Source: an uncultured archaeon (GTDB lineage: Archaea; Thermoplasmatota; Poseidoniia; MGIII; CAYLMJ01). From it: 64,000 bases of DNA. The DNA is taken from contig CAYLMJ010000001.1 in NCBI GenBank assembly GCA_964384995.1, positions 100,408 through 164,407 on the forward strand, written 5' to 3'. How positions within the stretch are numbered: the first letter of the stretch is position 1; the number at the start of each line of letters is the position of its first letter. A program made the translations under genes and the position numbers. Shown here piece after piece: positions 8,244-17,533 of the stretch. Under the pieces are notes generated by a model that saw only the letters and a program-made list of their open reading frames with translations, was not told the origin of the DNA and did not search any database.

Positions 8244-11200
8244 ATGCTCCGGCGCAGAACCCACATCCTGGCAGCCTGCCTGACGATAATTGCCTTCCTT
8301 GCGGGAGGGCTGTTGCTGGCCGGCGACCACGGGGCCCAGGCCTACACCCCGACCTCCAATCCCTACGACATCGCCCCTCCGGCACCGGGCAACGCGCCAC
8401 CCCAGGGCGCCACCACCGACCCCGACCCGGCACCGCCACCAGGTGGACCACCATGGTACGGCGAGGTCCACATCCTGGTCCTGCTGATCCAGTTCCCGGA
8501 CTATCCGGCCAGCTCCAGCCATGATGTGGAGTACTTCGAGGACCTGCTCTTCGGCCACCGGGACGGCTCCATGTGGGACTTCTTCGACGAGAACTCCTAC
8601 GGCCAGTTCTCCATCAACGGCACCGTGGTACCGGTGTGGCTCAACGCCACCCACAACATGAGCTACTATGGCAGCCATGAGTTCTCAAACTCCGAGGCCC
8701 AGGGCAACGCCCAGACCCTGGTACGCGAGGCGGTCCAGCTGGCAGACGAGTATGTCGATTTCGGACCCTTCGATGAGGATGGCGACGGCTACGTGGACCA
8801 CCTGGCCATGGTCCATTCGGGACCCTGCGACGAGTCAAATGGCAATGGTGGTCCCAACGGGGAGCGAGGTCCCGATGGTGATCCAGCCATCTGGTCCCAT
8901 CGCTGGGGCATCACCGCCGAGCAGGTGGACGGGGTCAACGTCACAGGCTACTTCATGCAGGGCGAGGGCACCCCCATGGGGGTCTTCGCCCACGAGTACG
9001 GCCACAACCTGGGCCTGCCTGATCTCTACGACACCGATTACAGCTCCTCGGGCATCGGCAAGTGGGGCATCATGAGCGGGGGCAGCTGGAACAACGGCGG
9101 CCGCACCCCGGCCCAGTTCTGCGCCTGGTCCAAGATAGCCATGGGCTGGCTGGAGCCCACCATCCCCAGCGGCACCACGGCCAATCTCACCGTCCCCAGG
9201 ATCGAGGACCACGATGTGGCCTTCAAACTGCCCATCGGCGGTCGCGACTCACCCGAGTACTTCCTCTTCGAGAACCGCCAGAAGGTGCTCTACGACACCT
9301 ACCTGCCCAGCCACGGCCTGCTCATCTGGCACATCGACGAGGAGGCCTCCCAGCCCAACGACTCCCACCGGCTGGTGGACCTGGAGGAGTTCGACAACAA
9401 CGACAATCCCAACCAGGGCACCGAGCCCTGGGCCAACTCCTCTGCTGGATTCCACGACGATTCGGCTCCCAATGCCCACGCCTACTCGGGCGACCCCACC
9501 GGTTTTTCCATCTTCGCCATCTCCAACTCCAGCGACAACATGACCGTGAGGGTGACCCTGCCCCGCAACGTGGCGGTGGTGGGGGTGGGACCGGCCCTGG
9601 CCGAGCTCAACCAGGCCCTGGACCTGACCCTGGCGGTGCAGAACCGGGGCTTCATCAACGAGACCGACATCACGGCCCATCTGCGGGTCCTGGACGATGG
9701 CGGGACCGAGGTCTTCAACAGATCAACCCGGATAGACCTGCTGGAGATAGGAGAGTCCACGACCCTGACCTGGGAGTGGACGCCCGCGACCCGCAGGACC
9801 TACACCCTGGAGGGGTGGATCGACTGGAACGACAGCCTGCCCGGAGATGATCAGCGCAGTGGCGAGCTGGACGTGACCACCATCTTCATGGCCGAGGATT
9901 TCGAGGGCTCCACCGACGATTGGACTACAAGTAACGACGGCAGCGCGGGCATGCTCTGGCACCTGACCGACCGCCACAGCATCAGTGGTGAGCAGAGCTA
10001 CTGGCAGGGCCGGGAATCCCATGGCTCCTACCTGGACAACATGGACCAGTCCCTGATCACCCCCGAACTAAACCTCAGCGGTCTCAAGTGGGTCACCCTG
10101 ACCTTCCAGCATCGCTACCACATCGAGCTGAACTACGATGGCGGGGTGGTCGACATCTCCACCGACAACGGCTCGACCTGGAGCCGGCTGACCCCCGAGG
10201 AGGGCTACGACGCCGGCATCGCAGCCCTGGGCTGGCAGGCGGCCTACACCGGAGGCTCCGAGGGCTGGCGGCTGGCCAACTTCAATCTCACGGACCATGT
10301 CAACGAGACCATCCATCTGCGCTTCCGCTTCGCCTCCGATGCCGGGGTGGTGGACGAGGGCTGGTTCATCGATGACGTGATACTGCACGGCACCTACGAG
10401 CGGGAGGTGGACCTGGCGTTGTCGGTGGAGGATTTGAGCCCCCTGCCCGGCGCCACAGAGACCTTCGAGGTCCTGGTCACCAACAGCGGAGGCGAGGCAG
10501 CTCAGTTCGACCTGGCCTCCCAGGTGCCTGCCGGCTGGAGCCTGACCGACCTGACTGCCAGCGTGGAGCTGGAGCCCTCTGAGACCCGGGTACTGGAGGT
10601 GAACCTGACCCTGCCCTCCCAGGTGGAGGCCGGTTCGTACTTGGTCAATGTCACGGCCACCCATCACGAGGATGCAAATGTCTCGGCCCTGGTGAGCCTG
10701 CCGGTGGAGGTCCAGGAGGTGACGGGACTGCAGATGCTGCCCGACCCGGTGACGGACCACGATGAGCCCGGGGCGCTCCTGAGCTTTGTCCTCGACCTTT
10801 CCAACCACGGCAACGTCCATGAGACCGTGAGCCTCTCGCTGGAGGGGCTGACCGGCTGGGTGGAGAACACCACCGTGGAGCTTGCCCCCTACGCCTCCAT
10901 CGACAACGTGACTGTGTGGGTCCGGATACCGGCCTACGCCAACGCCTCCCAGGAGTTTGCCGGTTACGTGGAGGGAGTGGGCACCCACACCTCGGCCCGG
11001 GCCAACCTGACCCTGACGGCCGACCAGGTGTACGGCATCGAGATAGCCGCCGAAACGGACTCCCTGACTGTCCTGCCCGCCGATAACCTGACCCTGGACC
11101 TGAAGCTGACCAACACCGGCAACGGCCCTGCCTGGTGCAATGCCACGCTGACCCTGCCCGATGGATGGTGGACCCCCCAGTTGAACTTCAGCGCCTGGCT

Positions 11201-13916
11201 GGCCCGGGACGAGAACGCCTCGTGGCGAGTGAACCTGACCCCGGACTGGGAGCTGGTGGACACCGTCGAGGTGCTGAGGATTGACGCGGAATCGGGTTCG
11301 GCCACCGACCTGTGGGAGCGGAACCTGACCTACGATCAGCTCTTCGACCTGATGGTGGATGACCTGGCCGAGGGGGTGATGCTGAGGCCCGATGAGAACC
11401 GGACCTTCTCCATCAATCTGACCAACAACGGCAACGGACCCGAGGAGGTGGAGCTCCAGGCCTGGCTCACCAACGGCGATGACTGGAGCCTGGGATGGAT
11501 GCCCGGGGGAGGGACCTCCATGGCCTTCTCCATGGCCTCGGAGGAGACAAGGCAGATAGACGGCTGGTACCGCCCGCCGGCCGATGCCTTGGGCGGTCAT
11601 GTGGCCACCCTGTGGATAGTGGTCGATTCCAGCGACAACGCCACCCAGGGACGCAACGGCCAGCTGGAGGTGGAGAAGCTCTACGGTTTCACCGTGACGG
11701 GCAACCGGAGCTCCATCGAGACCGGCCAGGACGACAACGAGACCTGGGGCCTGGAGGTGGCCAACCTGGGCAACGTGCCCCTGGAGGTGAACCTCACCCT
11801 GGATGGTGCCGAGAGCTGGCATCACGGCTGGATCGACGACCCCCGCCTGGAGCTGGAGGTGAACGGCCGAGAGAACGTGAGCGTCTGGGTCACCGGCAAC
11901 CGGTCGGTGCTGAAGGACACCCTTGGCGAGCTGAGGGCCATCGCCACCGCCGGCGAGCTGGAGGAGAACGAAACTGTGGAACTGGTGATGGGCGCCTATC
12001 ACGGAGACAAGCTCTTTCCAATATTACATCCGCCTCAAGATGCGGTTCCCGAAATGGGGGCACAGTACAATTACACCCTGTTGAACCAGGCGAATTACCA
12101 ACGTTCCTTCAATGTGACCCCCCAACCGGATGCAAACTGGACCCTTGAGTTGATAGATGCCCAGATCCTGACCCTTGAAGCTTGGACCCAAACAACGTTC
12201 GCGATCAGGTTCACACCCAAGGCTGAAGCCTATCTGATGCCAAACGCCACGGTTGACCATTCAATTCTGTTGAACGAGATTGGACATGAACCTCACTTTA
12301 TGCTCAAGCACGAGGTCACAGTGGGCACCTACCACGGCCTGGAACTGCAGGGGCCCAGTGAGACTGTGGACCTGGTGCCGGAGAGGGGCAATGTCATCGA
12401 GCTCAACGTGACCAACCTGGGCAACGAGCCGGCCCTGCTCAACCAGACCCTGTCGGAACTGCCGGCCGGCTGGCAGGCCCAGTCGATGGACCTGGAGGTG
12501 AATGAGACGCTGGGACCGGGGGTCCAGCGGACCTTCAGCCTGGAGGTCACCCCCGACACTGCCGCCCTGGCCGGTGCCACCGCTGACCTGAACCTGACCC
12601 TTCTTGACAACTGGACCGCCGACAACCTGACCCTGAATTTCCGGGTGGCGCCCAGCTACGGTCTGGCCGTGGAGGAGAGCGAACCCGGCATCGAGGTGGC
12701 CAACGGCCAGCGCAAGAGCCTGGAGTTCATCATCCACAACACCGGCAACCTGGAACAGGCGGTGGACCTGACCCTGATACCCCTCCAAGGCTTCCACTGG
12801 CTCAAGGGGCTCCACGATGTGGAGGCCACGGTGCCCGCCTTCGGCCAGACCGCGGTGGAGGCGTGGGTCGAGGGGCCCGACGAGGCCCTGGGCGACGAGT
12901 GGTTCAAGGGCCGGCTCCAGGTCTCCAGCCAGGATGACGGTCTGCCCTCGGAGCTGAAGGCCTACCGGGACTTCATCGTGGAGGTGGCCGACAGGCCCAG
13001 CGTGGCGGGCCAGCTGAGGTTCGACAACTTCAAGGCCGGGAGGCTGAGCGAGGCCTACCTGGAGCTCACCAACGACGGAAACGTACCCCTCTACCTGAAC
13101 ATCAGCGTGACCCAGACCAGCTGGGGCGAGAACCTGACCCACGTCTACGTCCACTACCTGGACCCCGGCGACGAGAAGAACATCACCTTGCGCCTGGAGC
13201 CGCCGGAGAGCTATGCCGGCAACGCCAGCATCCTGGTGACCCTGGAGAGCCCGGCCTTCGCCAAGGACCAGACCGTGTCGGGCATGGTGAACGTCCAGGC
13301 GGCGCCCGAGGATGACGAAGCCTTCCCCTGGGTCAGGCTCCTGCTGGGGCTCATCCTGCTGGTGGTCATCGTGGCCCTGGCTCTGCCCCTGGTGCCCTGG
13401 CGGCGCAGAGAGTCGGATGATGATGACCTGGACCCCGGCGGACCGAGGGTCGATGGCGCGGGCCAGTTTGCCGGTGGTGCGGCCGGAGCCCGCCACCGCG
13501 GCAAGCCGAACCTGGTGGACCACGCGGCCTTTGCCCGTCCCAGATCAAAGGTCCCTCCATCTGATGGTGAGACCGGCCCGACCCCGCCCGATGATGCCAC
13601 CGACACCGATGAAGGTGATGACACTGGAGATGGTGGCGACGAGGCCGGAGGTGTTGGCGGATCTGGAGAAGTTGATGAAGCCTCCGACGGCTCACCATCC
13701 TCCGATGCCCCTTCAGCCCCAGAGCCCCCTGCCGAGGGGGAGGTCAAGACGGTGGCGCCCGAACTGCTGGAGCCACCCAAACCGGCGGTGCGCCTGGGTC
13801 GGACCACGTGTCCCAACTGCGAAAAGCCCATCCTCATCAACGACGAAGTGGCCGAGCTGGGCAAGGCCAGCTGTTTCTGGTGCAACACCAAGGTCTCGCT
13901 GAAAGCCAAGGAGTAG
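8244..13916 (+). CDS. M6 family (immune inhibitor A-like) metalloprotease with CARDB, MAM-like and multiple NEW3/Ig-like domains, TM anchor, acidic tail and Zn ribbon
   Basis: Signal peptide; ILVLLIQFPD; DGDGYVDHLAMVHSG; zinc motif HEYGHNLGLPDLYD; Met-turn WGIMSGGSW; EYFLFENRQ; HGLLIWHIDE; TM WVRLLLGLILLVVIVALALPLVPWRRR; C-terminal CPNC..CFWC. Confidence 0.92.
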   Translation: MLRRRTHILAACLTIIAFLAGGLLLAGDHGAQAYTPTSNPYDIAPPAPGNAPPQGATTDPDPAPPPGGPPWYGEVHILVLLIQFPDYPASSSHDVEYFEDLLFGHRDGSMWDFFDENSYGQFSINGTVVPVWLNATHNMSYYGSHEFSNSEAQGNAQTLVREAVQLADEYVDFGPFDEDGDGYVDHLAMVHSGPCDESNGNGGPNGERGPDGDPAIWSHRWGITAEQVDGVNVTGYFMQGEGTPMGVFAHEYGHNLGLPDLYDTDYSSSGIGKWGIMSGGSWNNGGRTPAQFCAWSKIAMGWLEPTIPSGTTANLTVPRIEDHDVAFKLPIGGRDSPEYFLFENRQKVLYDTYLPSHGLLIWHIDEEASQPNDSHRLVDLEEFDNNDNPNQGTEPWANSSAGFHDDSAPNAHAYSGDPTGFSIFAISNSSDNMTVRVTLPRNVAVVGVGPALAELNQALDLTLAVQNRGFINETDITAHLRVLDDGGTEVFNRSTRIDLLEIGESTTLTWEWTPATRRTYTLEGWIDWNDSLPGDDQRSGELDVTTIFMAEDFEGSTDDWTTSNDGSAGMLWHLTDRHSISGEQSYWQGRESHGSYLDNMDQSLITPELNLSGLKWVTLTFQHRYHIELNYDGGVVDISTDNGSTWSRLTPEEGYDAGIAALGWQAAYTGGSEGWRLANFNLTDHVNETIHLRFRFASDAGVVDEGWFIDDVILHGTYEREVDLALSVEDLSPLPGATETFEVLVTNSGGEAAQFDLASQVPAGWSLTDLTASVELEPSETRVLEVNLTLPSQVEAGSYLVNVTATHHEDANVSALVSLPVEVQEVTGLQMLPDPVTDHDEPGALLSFVLDLSNHGNVHETVSLSLEGLTGWVENTTVELAPYASIDNVTVWVRIPAYANASQEFAGYVEGVGTHTSARANLTLTADQVYGIEIAAETDSLTVLPADNLTLDLKLTNTGNGPAWCNATLTLPDGWWTPQLNFSAWLARDENASWRVNLTPDWELVDTVEVLRIDAESGSATDLWERNLTYDQLFDLMVDDLAEGVMLRPDENRTFSINLTNNGNGPEEVELQAWLTNGDDWSLGWMPGGGTSMAFSMASEETRQIDGWYRPPADALGGHVATLWIVVDSSDNATQGRNGQLEVEKLYGFTVTGNRSSIETGQDDNETWGLEVANLGNVPLEVNLTLDGAESWHHGWIDDPRLELEVNGRENVSVWVTGNRSVLKDTLGELRAIATAGELEENETVELVMGAYHGDKLFPILHPPQDAVPEMGAQYNYTLLNQANYQRSFNVTPQPDANWTLELIDAQILTLEAWTQTTFAIRFTPKAEAYLMPNATVDHSILLNEIGHEPHFMLKHEVTVGTYHGLELQGPSETVDLVPERGNVIELNVTNLGNEPALLNQTLSELPAGWQAQSMDLEVNETLGPGVQRTFSLEVTPDTAALAGATADLNLTLLDNWTADNLTLNFRVAPSYGLAVEESEPGIEVANGQRKSLEFIIHNTGNLEQAVDLTLIPLQGFHWLKGLHDVEATVPAFGQTAVEAWVEGPDEALGDEWFKGRLQVSSQDDGLPSELKAYRDFIVEVADRPSVAGQLRFDNFKAGRLSEAYLELTNDGNVPLYLNISVTQTSWGENLTHVYVHYLDPGDEKNITLRLEPPESYAGNASILVTLESPAFAKDQTVSGMVNVQAAPEDDEAFPWVRLLLGLILLVVIVALALPLVPWRRRESDDDDLDPGGPRVDGAGQFAGGAAGARHRGKPNLVDHAAFARPRSKVPPSDGETGPTPPDDATDTDEGDDTGDGGDEAGGVGGSGEVDEASDGSPSSDAPSAPEPPAEGEVKTVAPELLEPPKPAVRLGRTTCPNCEKPILINDEVAELGKASCFWCNTKVSLKAKE

Positions 13917-13997
13917 GCAACAAGCAGTGGGCAACAGGCAATAGGCAATCGGTAGTGGGCAATAGGCGGCAGCCAACAGGCAATGGGCAACAGGGCC
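13914..13997 (+). repeat. Degenerate 7-bp tandem repeat, 12 units, consensus (T/C)(A/G)GGCAA
   Basis: taggcaa caagcag tgggcaa caggcaa taggcaa tcggtag tgggcaa taggcgg cagccaa caggcaa tgggcaa cagggcc, beginning at the protease stop codon. Confidence 0.85.
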
Positions 13998-14297
13998 TGG
14001 ATCCTGAGCAGGCAAAGGGGTGGGCGCCCGGTCAATGGACTTACGGTTACGGGGTGGTAGTGAGACAAAGGGGTGTATGCCAGAGGTTGACTTTCTTTCC
14101 GAGCGCCACGGAACTGGTAGCGACGGTAAGGGTATAAGCTGTCTGGTTCCAGGTTTTGACACGGTAGATAAAGGTTGATGGTCCGCGGCCATTGATGGCG
14201 GGCCTCGGGGTAATGACGGAGGAGGCGATGGTAATGGGGGGTCGACCACCACACGTAAAAAGGGGTAGCCTTGCTGGCCTGGCCAACCCCTTGCGCA

Positions 14298-15206
14298 ATG
14301 GATGATGGTATCGCGCTCCCGGTCGCCAGAACCCGGGGGGGCGAAACGACAGGCAAGCTTTACATACCATCAATCACACGCAAACCCATCTTCCCCGAAA
14401 CGGTAACGCCAGCAACGATCTTCCCGGAGTGTCCGACCATCAAAGAGGAAACCTACAACCGGCTCATCCGCCACCTGCAGAACTTCAGGTCCTACTCGGT
14501 CTACGAGGGCGTGGAGGAGACCGCCGACGAGTTCCACCTGCCCTTCGACACGGTGCGGGCCATCCGCTCCCAGTTCCTGCAACGCAAGGTCATCCGCCAC
14601 TACTACGTAGTGAAGGCCAGGACCGATCGGCTGGTGGCCCAATGGAAGCGGGGCTCGACCCTGGACCAGCTGGCCCGGCGCCAGGACTTCCCCCCGGTGC
14701 TGCTGGCCACCTTCGTACTGCCCAAGCTGGGCTACACCAAGCGGCAGATAAAGGCGGCCATCGCCAACCCCCAGAAGGCCAACACTGCGCGGCTCAAGCG
14801 GGAGCTGAAGGAGGCGGTGAAGGAGGACGACCTCTACTCGCCCTCGGGTCATGAGAAGCAGGCGGCTGAAGGCAACCGGCGAGAGGACCTGCTGGCGGTG
14901 TGGCTGGACGGTCTGGACCTGGAGTACTTCACCGAGGAGGAGCTGAGAGAGGGCACCGTTGAGGGCAAGACCCCCGATTTTCTTCTGCCCAAGCCCCTTT
15001 ACTTCCAGGGAGAGAAATACAACTGGGTGGAATCCAAAGCCTCGTTCGGAGACAAGCCCATCCACCGCAAGATAGTCTCGGGCCAGGTGGGACCCTACGT
15101 GGAATACTACGGCCCCGGATTGCTGGTCTACTGGTACGGCTACCTGGACAACCTTGCCTGCCCCGGCTTCGACATCGTGGACCGACAGCAGTTGGGCCTG
15201 GCCTAG
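14298..15206 (+). CDS. CDIN1/C15orf41-like PD-(D/E)XK nuclease (TPD-motif family)
   Basis: GKTPDFLLPKPL...NWVESKASFGD...QVGPYVEYYGPGLLVYWYGY, with a helical N-terminal part (LARRQDFPPVLLA). The start is uncertain: ATG 14298 is used, but the conserved region begins near 14440. Confidence 0.8.
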   Translation: MDDGIALPVARTRGGETTGKLYIPSITRKPIFPETVTPATIFPECPTIKEETYNRLIRHLQNFRSYSVYEGVEETADEFHLPFDTVRAIRSQFLQRKVIRHYYVVKARTDRLVAQWKRGSTLDQLARRQDFPPVLLATFVLPKLGYTKRQIKAAIANPQKANTARLKRELKEAVKEDDLYSPSGHEKQAAEGNRREDLLAVWLDGLDLEYFTEEELREGTVEGKTPDFLLPKPLYFQGEKYNWVESKASFGDKPIHRKIVSGQVGPYVEYYGPGLLVYWYGYLDNLACPGFDIVDRQQLGLA

Positions 15207-15506
15207 ATCCGGGCCTCGGCCTCGCCTACCATTCCCTTCGTTGAGCCCAAGCCATCGGCATTGCCCCCGCCGCCTGAAGGCCCAGATATGCCTGGCCCGC
15301 CAAAGGGACGTGCCTCCCTTCCCTTCGCTAAGCCGATGAAAATTACGGTCCAGCAGAAGGGAGTGGGGACTCCGTACCACAAAAAGCAGTGGTTCCTGAT
15401 GAGGGGGAAAGGACTACTGGACCATCAATGTGATTGCGATTGCAATACTAATTCTTTTCGGTGGTTGGGAGCCAACCGGTTCGAACCGATTTTCCACTCG
15501 GCCTCT

Positions 15507-16874
15507 TCAGCCGCCCCAGGTGGGCAGGTAGCCCTCGTTCTCCAGAAGGAGCACCGGGATGAAGCTCAGGTACATGGCGATGAGGATGGCGGCCTCCTTG
15601 CGGTCCACGTCCCAGTGGTGGCGGAGCATGAGCAGTGAGACCACCAAGGTGGCCAGCAGGTAGATGATGGAGACGCCCAGGGTCCCCTCCACCGCCGTCT
15701 CCACCGGGCCCCACAGCTGGAGCACCATCAGGGGCAGGCCGATGGCGATGCAGATGTCGAAGGTGTTGGAGCCGATGGCGTTGGACACCGCCAGGCCTCC
15801 CAGGCCCTTGCGCGCCGCCTGCACTGAGGTGAACAGGTCGGGGATGGAGGTGCCGATGGCTATTATCAGAAGGGCGAAGACGCTCTCGCTCCAGCCCAGC
15901 TCGCCGGTTATCACCAGGGCCGACCAGACGATGTACGAGGCCAGCACCATTATCCCCACCACTCCGCCCACCACGTAGACCAGGGTGTGCTCCAGTGACA
16001 GCCCGCCGCTGGCTTTGGCCTCTATGGCCGCGTCCCTGATATCCTCGGGTCCCAACTGCTCGCAACCGGTGGAGGAGGAAGAAGAGGTGGAGGAGGAAGA
16101 GGAAGAAGAGGAGGTGGAAGAAACGGGTGGGTCCTCGTCGGTGCTTTGCGGACCCGAGGCTTCGTCCACCTTCGTGGCCTGGGCATCCCTTCCTGCGGAG
16201 GCTTCCACGCCCTTGGAGGCTTCCTTGGCTCTGGAGGCGGGCTCGGGCTCTCCCTGGGCATCGTCCTTCACCTCATCCTCCAGACAGTCCTCCATCCCCT
16301 CCTCCATCCGGTGGGCGTCGCGGTAGAGGTAGTAGACGTAGAACATGTAGAAGCCCACCAGTATGAAGGGCTCCCACCACTGGATGACGAAGCCATCGTC
16401 CACCACGATGAATAGCAGGAGGACCACCGAGACCAGGTAGAAGAGCCCGTCGCGGTAGACCACCGACCGGGTGATGCGGCAGCGCCTGATCCAGGCCGAG
16501 GCCCCGATGATGACGCACAGGTTGAAGATGGCCGAGCCCACGATGGTGCCGATGCCGATCTCGGTGTTGCCTGCCGCCACGGCGTTCACATGGGTGGCCA
16601 GCTCGGGCATGGAGGAGCCGATGGCCGCCACCGAGGCTCCCACCACCGTCTGGGGTATGCGGAACCTGGAGGAGAAGGAGTCGAGCCCGTCCACGAAGTG
16701 GTCCGAGACCCGCTCGGTCAGGATGAACGCCGCCACTATCACCGCCAGGGCGCTGGGCACCAGCAACACGCTTGGCAGCAGGCCCAGGTACTCCAGGGCT
16801 ATCACTGGCAGGGGCAGGGTCATCAGGAGGGGCAGCCGATAAGCTGTTGGCGGTACCATCTGGGAGGTCACCAT
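15507..16874 (-). CDS. Ca2+/cation antiporter (CaCA superfamily), NCKX-like, with long acidic/Ser-rich central loop
   Basis: Alpha-1 repeat IGSSMPELATH...GIGTIVGSAIFN; alpha-2 repeat IGTSIPDLFTSVQAARKGLGGLAVSNAIGSNTFDI. The track start (17048) is a hydrophilic extension; the real start is probably ATG 16874 or 16859. Confidence 0.9.
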   Translation of the reverse strand: MVTSQMVPPTAYRLPLLMTLPLPVIALEYLGLLPSVLLVPSALAVIVAAFILTERVSDHFVDGLDSFSSRFRIPQTVVGASVAAIGSSMPELATHVNAVAAGNTEIGIGTIVGSAIFNLCVIIGASAWIRRCRITRSVVYRDGLFYLVSVVLLLFIVVDDGFVIQWWEPFILVGFYMFYVYYLYRDAHRMEEGMEDCLEDEVKDDAQGEPEPASRAKEASKGVEASAGRDAQATKVDEASGPQSTDEDPPVSSTSSSSSSSSTSSSSSTGCEQLGPEDIRDAAIEAKASGGLSLEHTLVYVVGGVVGIMVLASYIVWSALVITGELGWSESVFALLIIAIGTSIPDLFTSVQAARKGLGGLAVSNAIGSNTFDICIAIGLPLMVLQLWGPVETAVEGTLGVSIIYLLATLVVSLLMLRHHWDVDRKEAAILIAMYLSFIPVLLLENEGYLPTWGG

Positions 16875-17086
16875 CGACCGGACCTTACTGTCCGCAAGTT
16901 CGACCTGACCCAGACCCGGTTGCCTAAAAAGAAATCGGTGGCCCACCCGGTGCCAGTCCAGCACTCGGCCCATGCCCGTCCAGTGCCCGACCATAGCCTG
17001 GCCATAGCCCCGCCAGCGCCTGTTATCCCTCCTGCGAGGCGGCCGCAAAACCCTATTTAACCCCAGGGCTTCGGGTGATGTATCCC

Positions 17087-17341
17087 ATGGTCCAAGACGA
17101 AGAGAACACCGCCACCCTGGTCTCCCCAGCTGATTTGGCCAGCCTGGCCCGGGACGAGAAGCGCCAACCCGATGTCTACCTGGGCTACCTGCTGGGCTGG
17201 CTGGTCCTCATCGGTCTCATCGTCCTGGTCATCTTTCCCATGCTGGAGACCACCATCGGGATCCTGCTCATCGCCATCCTGCTGGCCGCCTACGTGGGCA
17301 TGAAGTACTACTTTGGCAAGCAATCCATCTTCACCTCCTGA
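17087..17341 (+). CDS. Small hypothetical membrane protein (2 TM)
   Basis: GGTGA then ATG at 17087; TATA-like TATTTAA near 17054; two hydrophobic helices. Confidence 0.7.
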   Translation: MVQDEENTATLVSPADLASLARDEKRQPDVYLGYLLGWLVLIGLIVLVIFPMLETTIGILLIAILLAAYVGMKYYFGKQSIFTS

Positions 17342-17533
17342 AGCGGCAGACCCTAAGGCGCCCCGGCTCGTGGTGACAGGTTTCTACATCTGGCATAGTC
17401 CTTACTGTAAGGATTGAAGACCCGCCGATGTGGGCCAATGGATTGATTTCCGCTCTTTTGGCCAATGATTCCCCATAAATGGGATATATAACTTAAAAGC
17501 AAGCGGGGAGTTGGGGGGCCAGCGGGTGATATC

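Noticed and set aside
13998-14290. Low-GC spacer as SRP RNA, RNase P RNA or a small gene
   Set aside because: No conserved SRP or RNase P motifs and no credible ORF; the three AAAGGGGT copies are not enough to call an element.
15463-15488. tRNA-like GGTTCGAA in the palindrome CGGTTCGAACCG, next to a GGTTGG/CCAACC hairpin
   Set aside because: No T-stem pairing, acceptor stem or anticodon arm; more likely incidental or terminator hairpins between convergent genes.
15985-16326. Poly-Glu ORF on the plus strand
   Set aside because: Antisense of the poly-Ser loop of the exchanger.
16875-17048. N-terminal extensions given by the ORF track (also 6842-6886, 23087-23110, 28512-28529, 42121-42168, 60268-60378, 61857-61937)
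   Set aside because: SD spacing, TATA position, paralog N-termini or gene overlaps favour the downstream starts.
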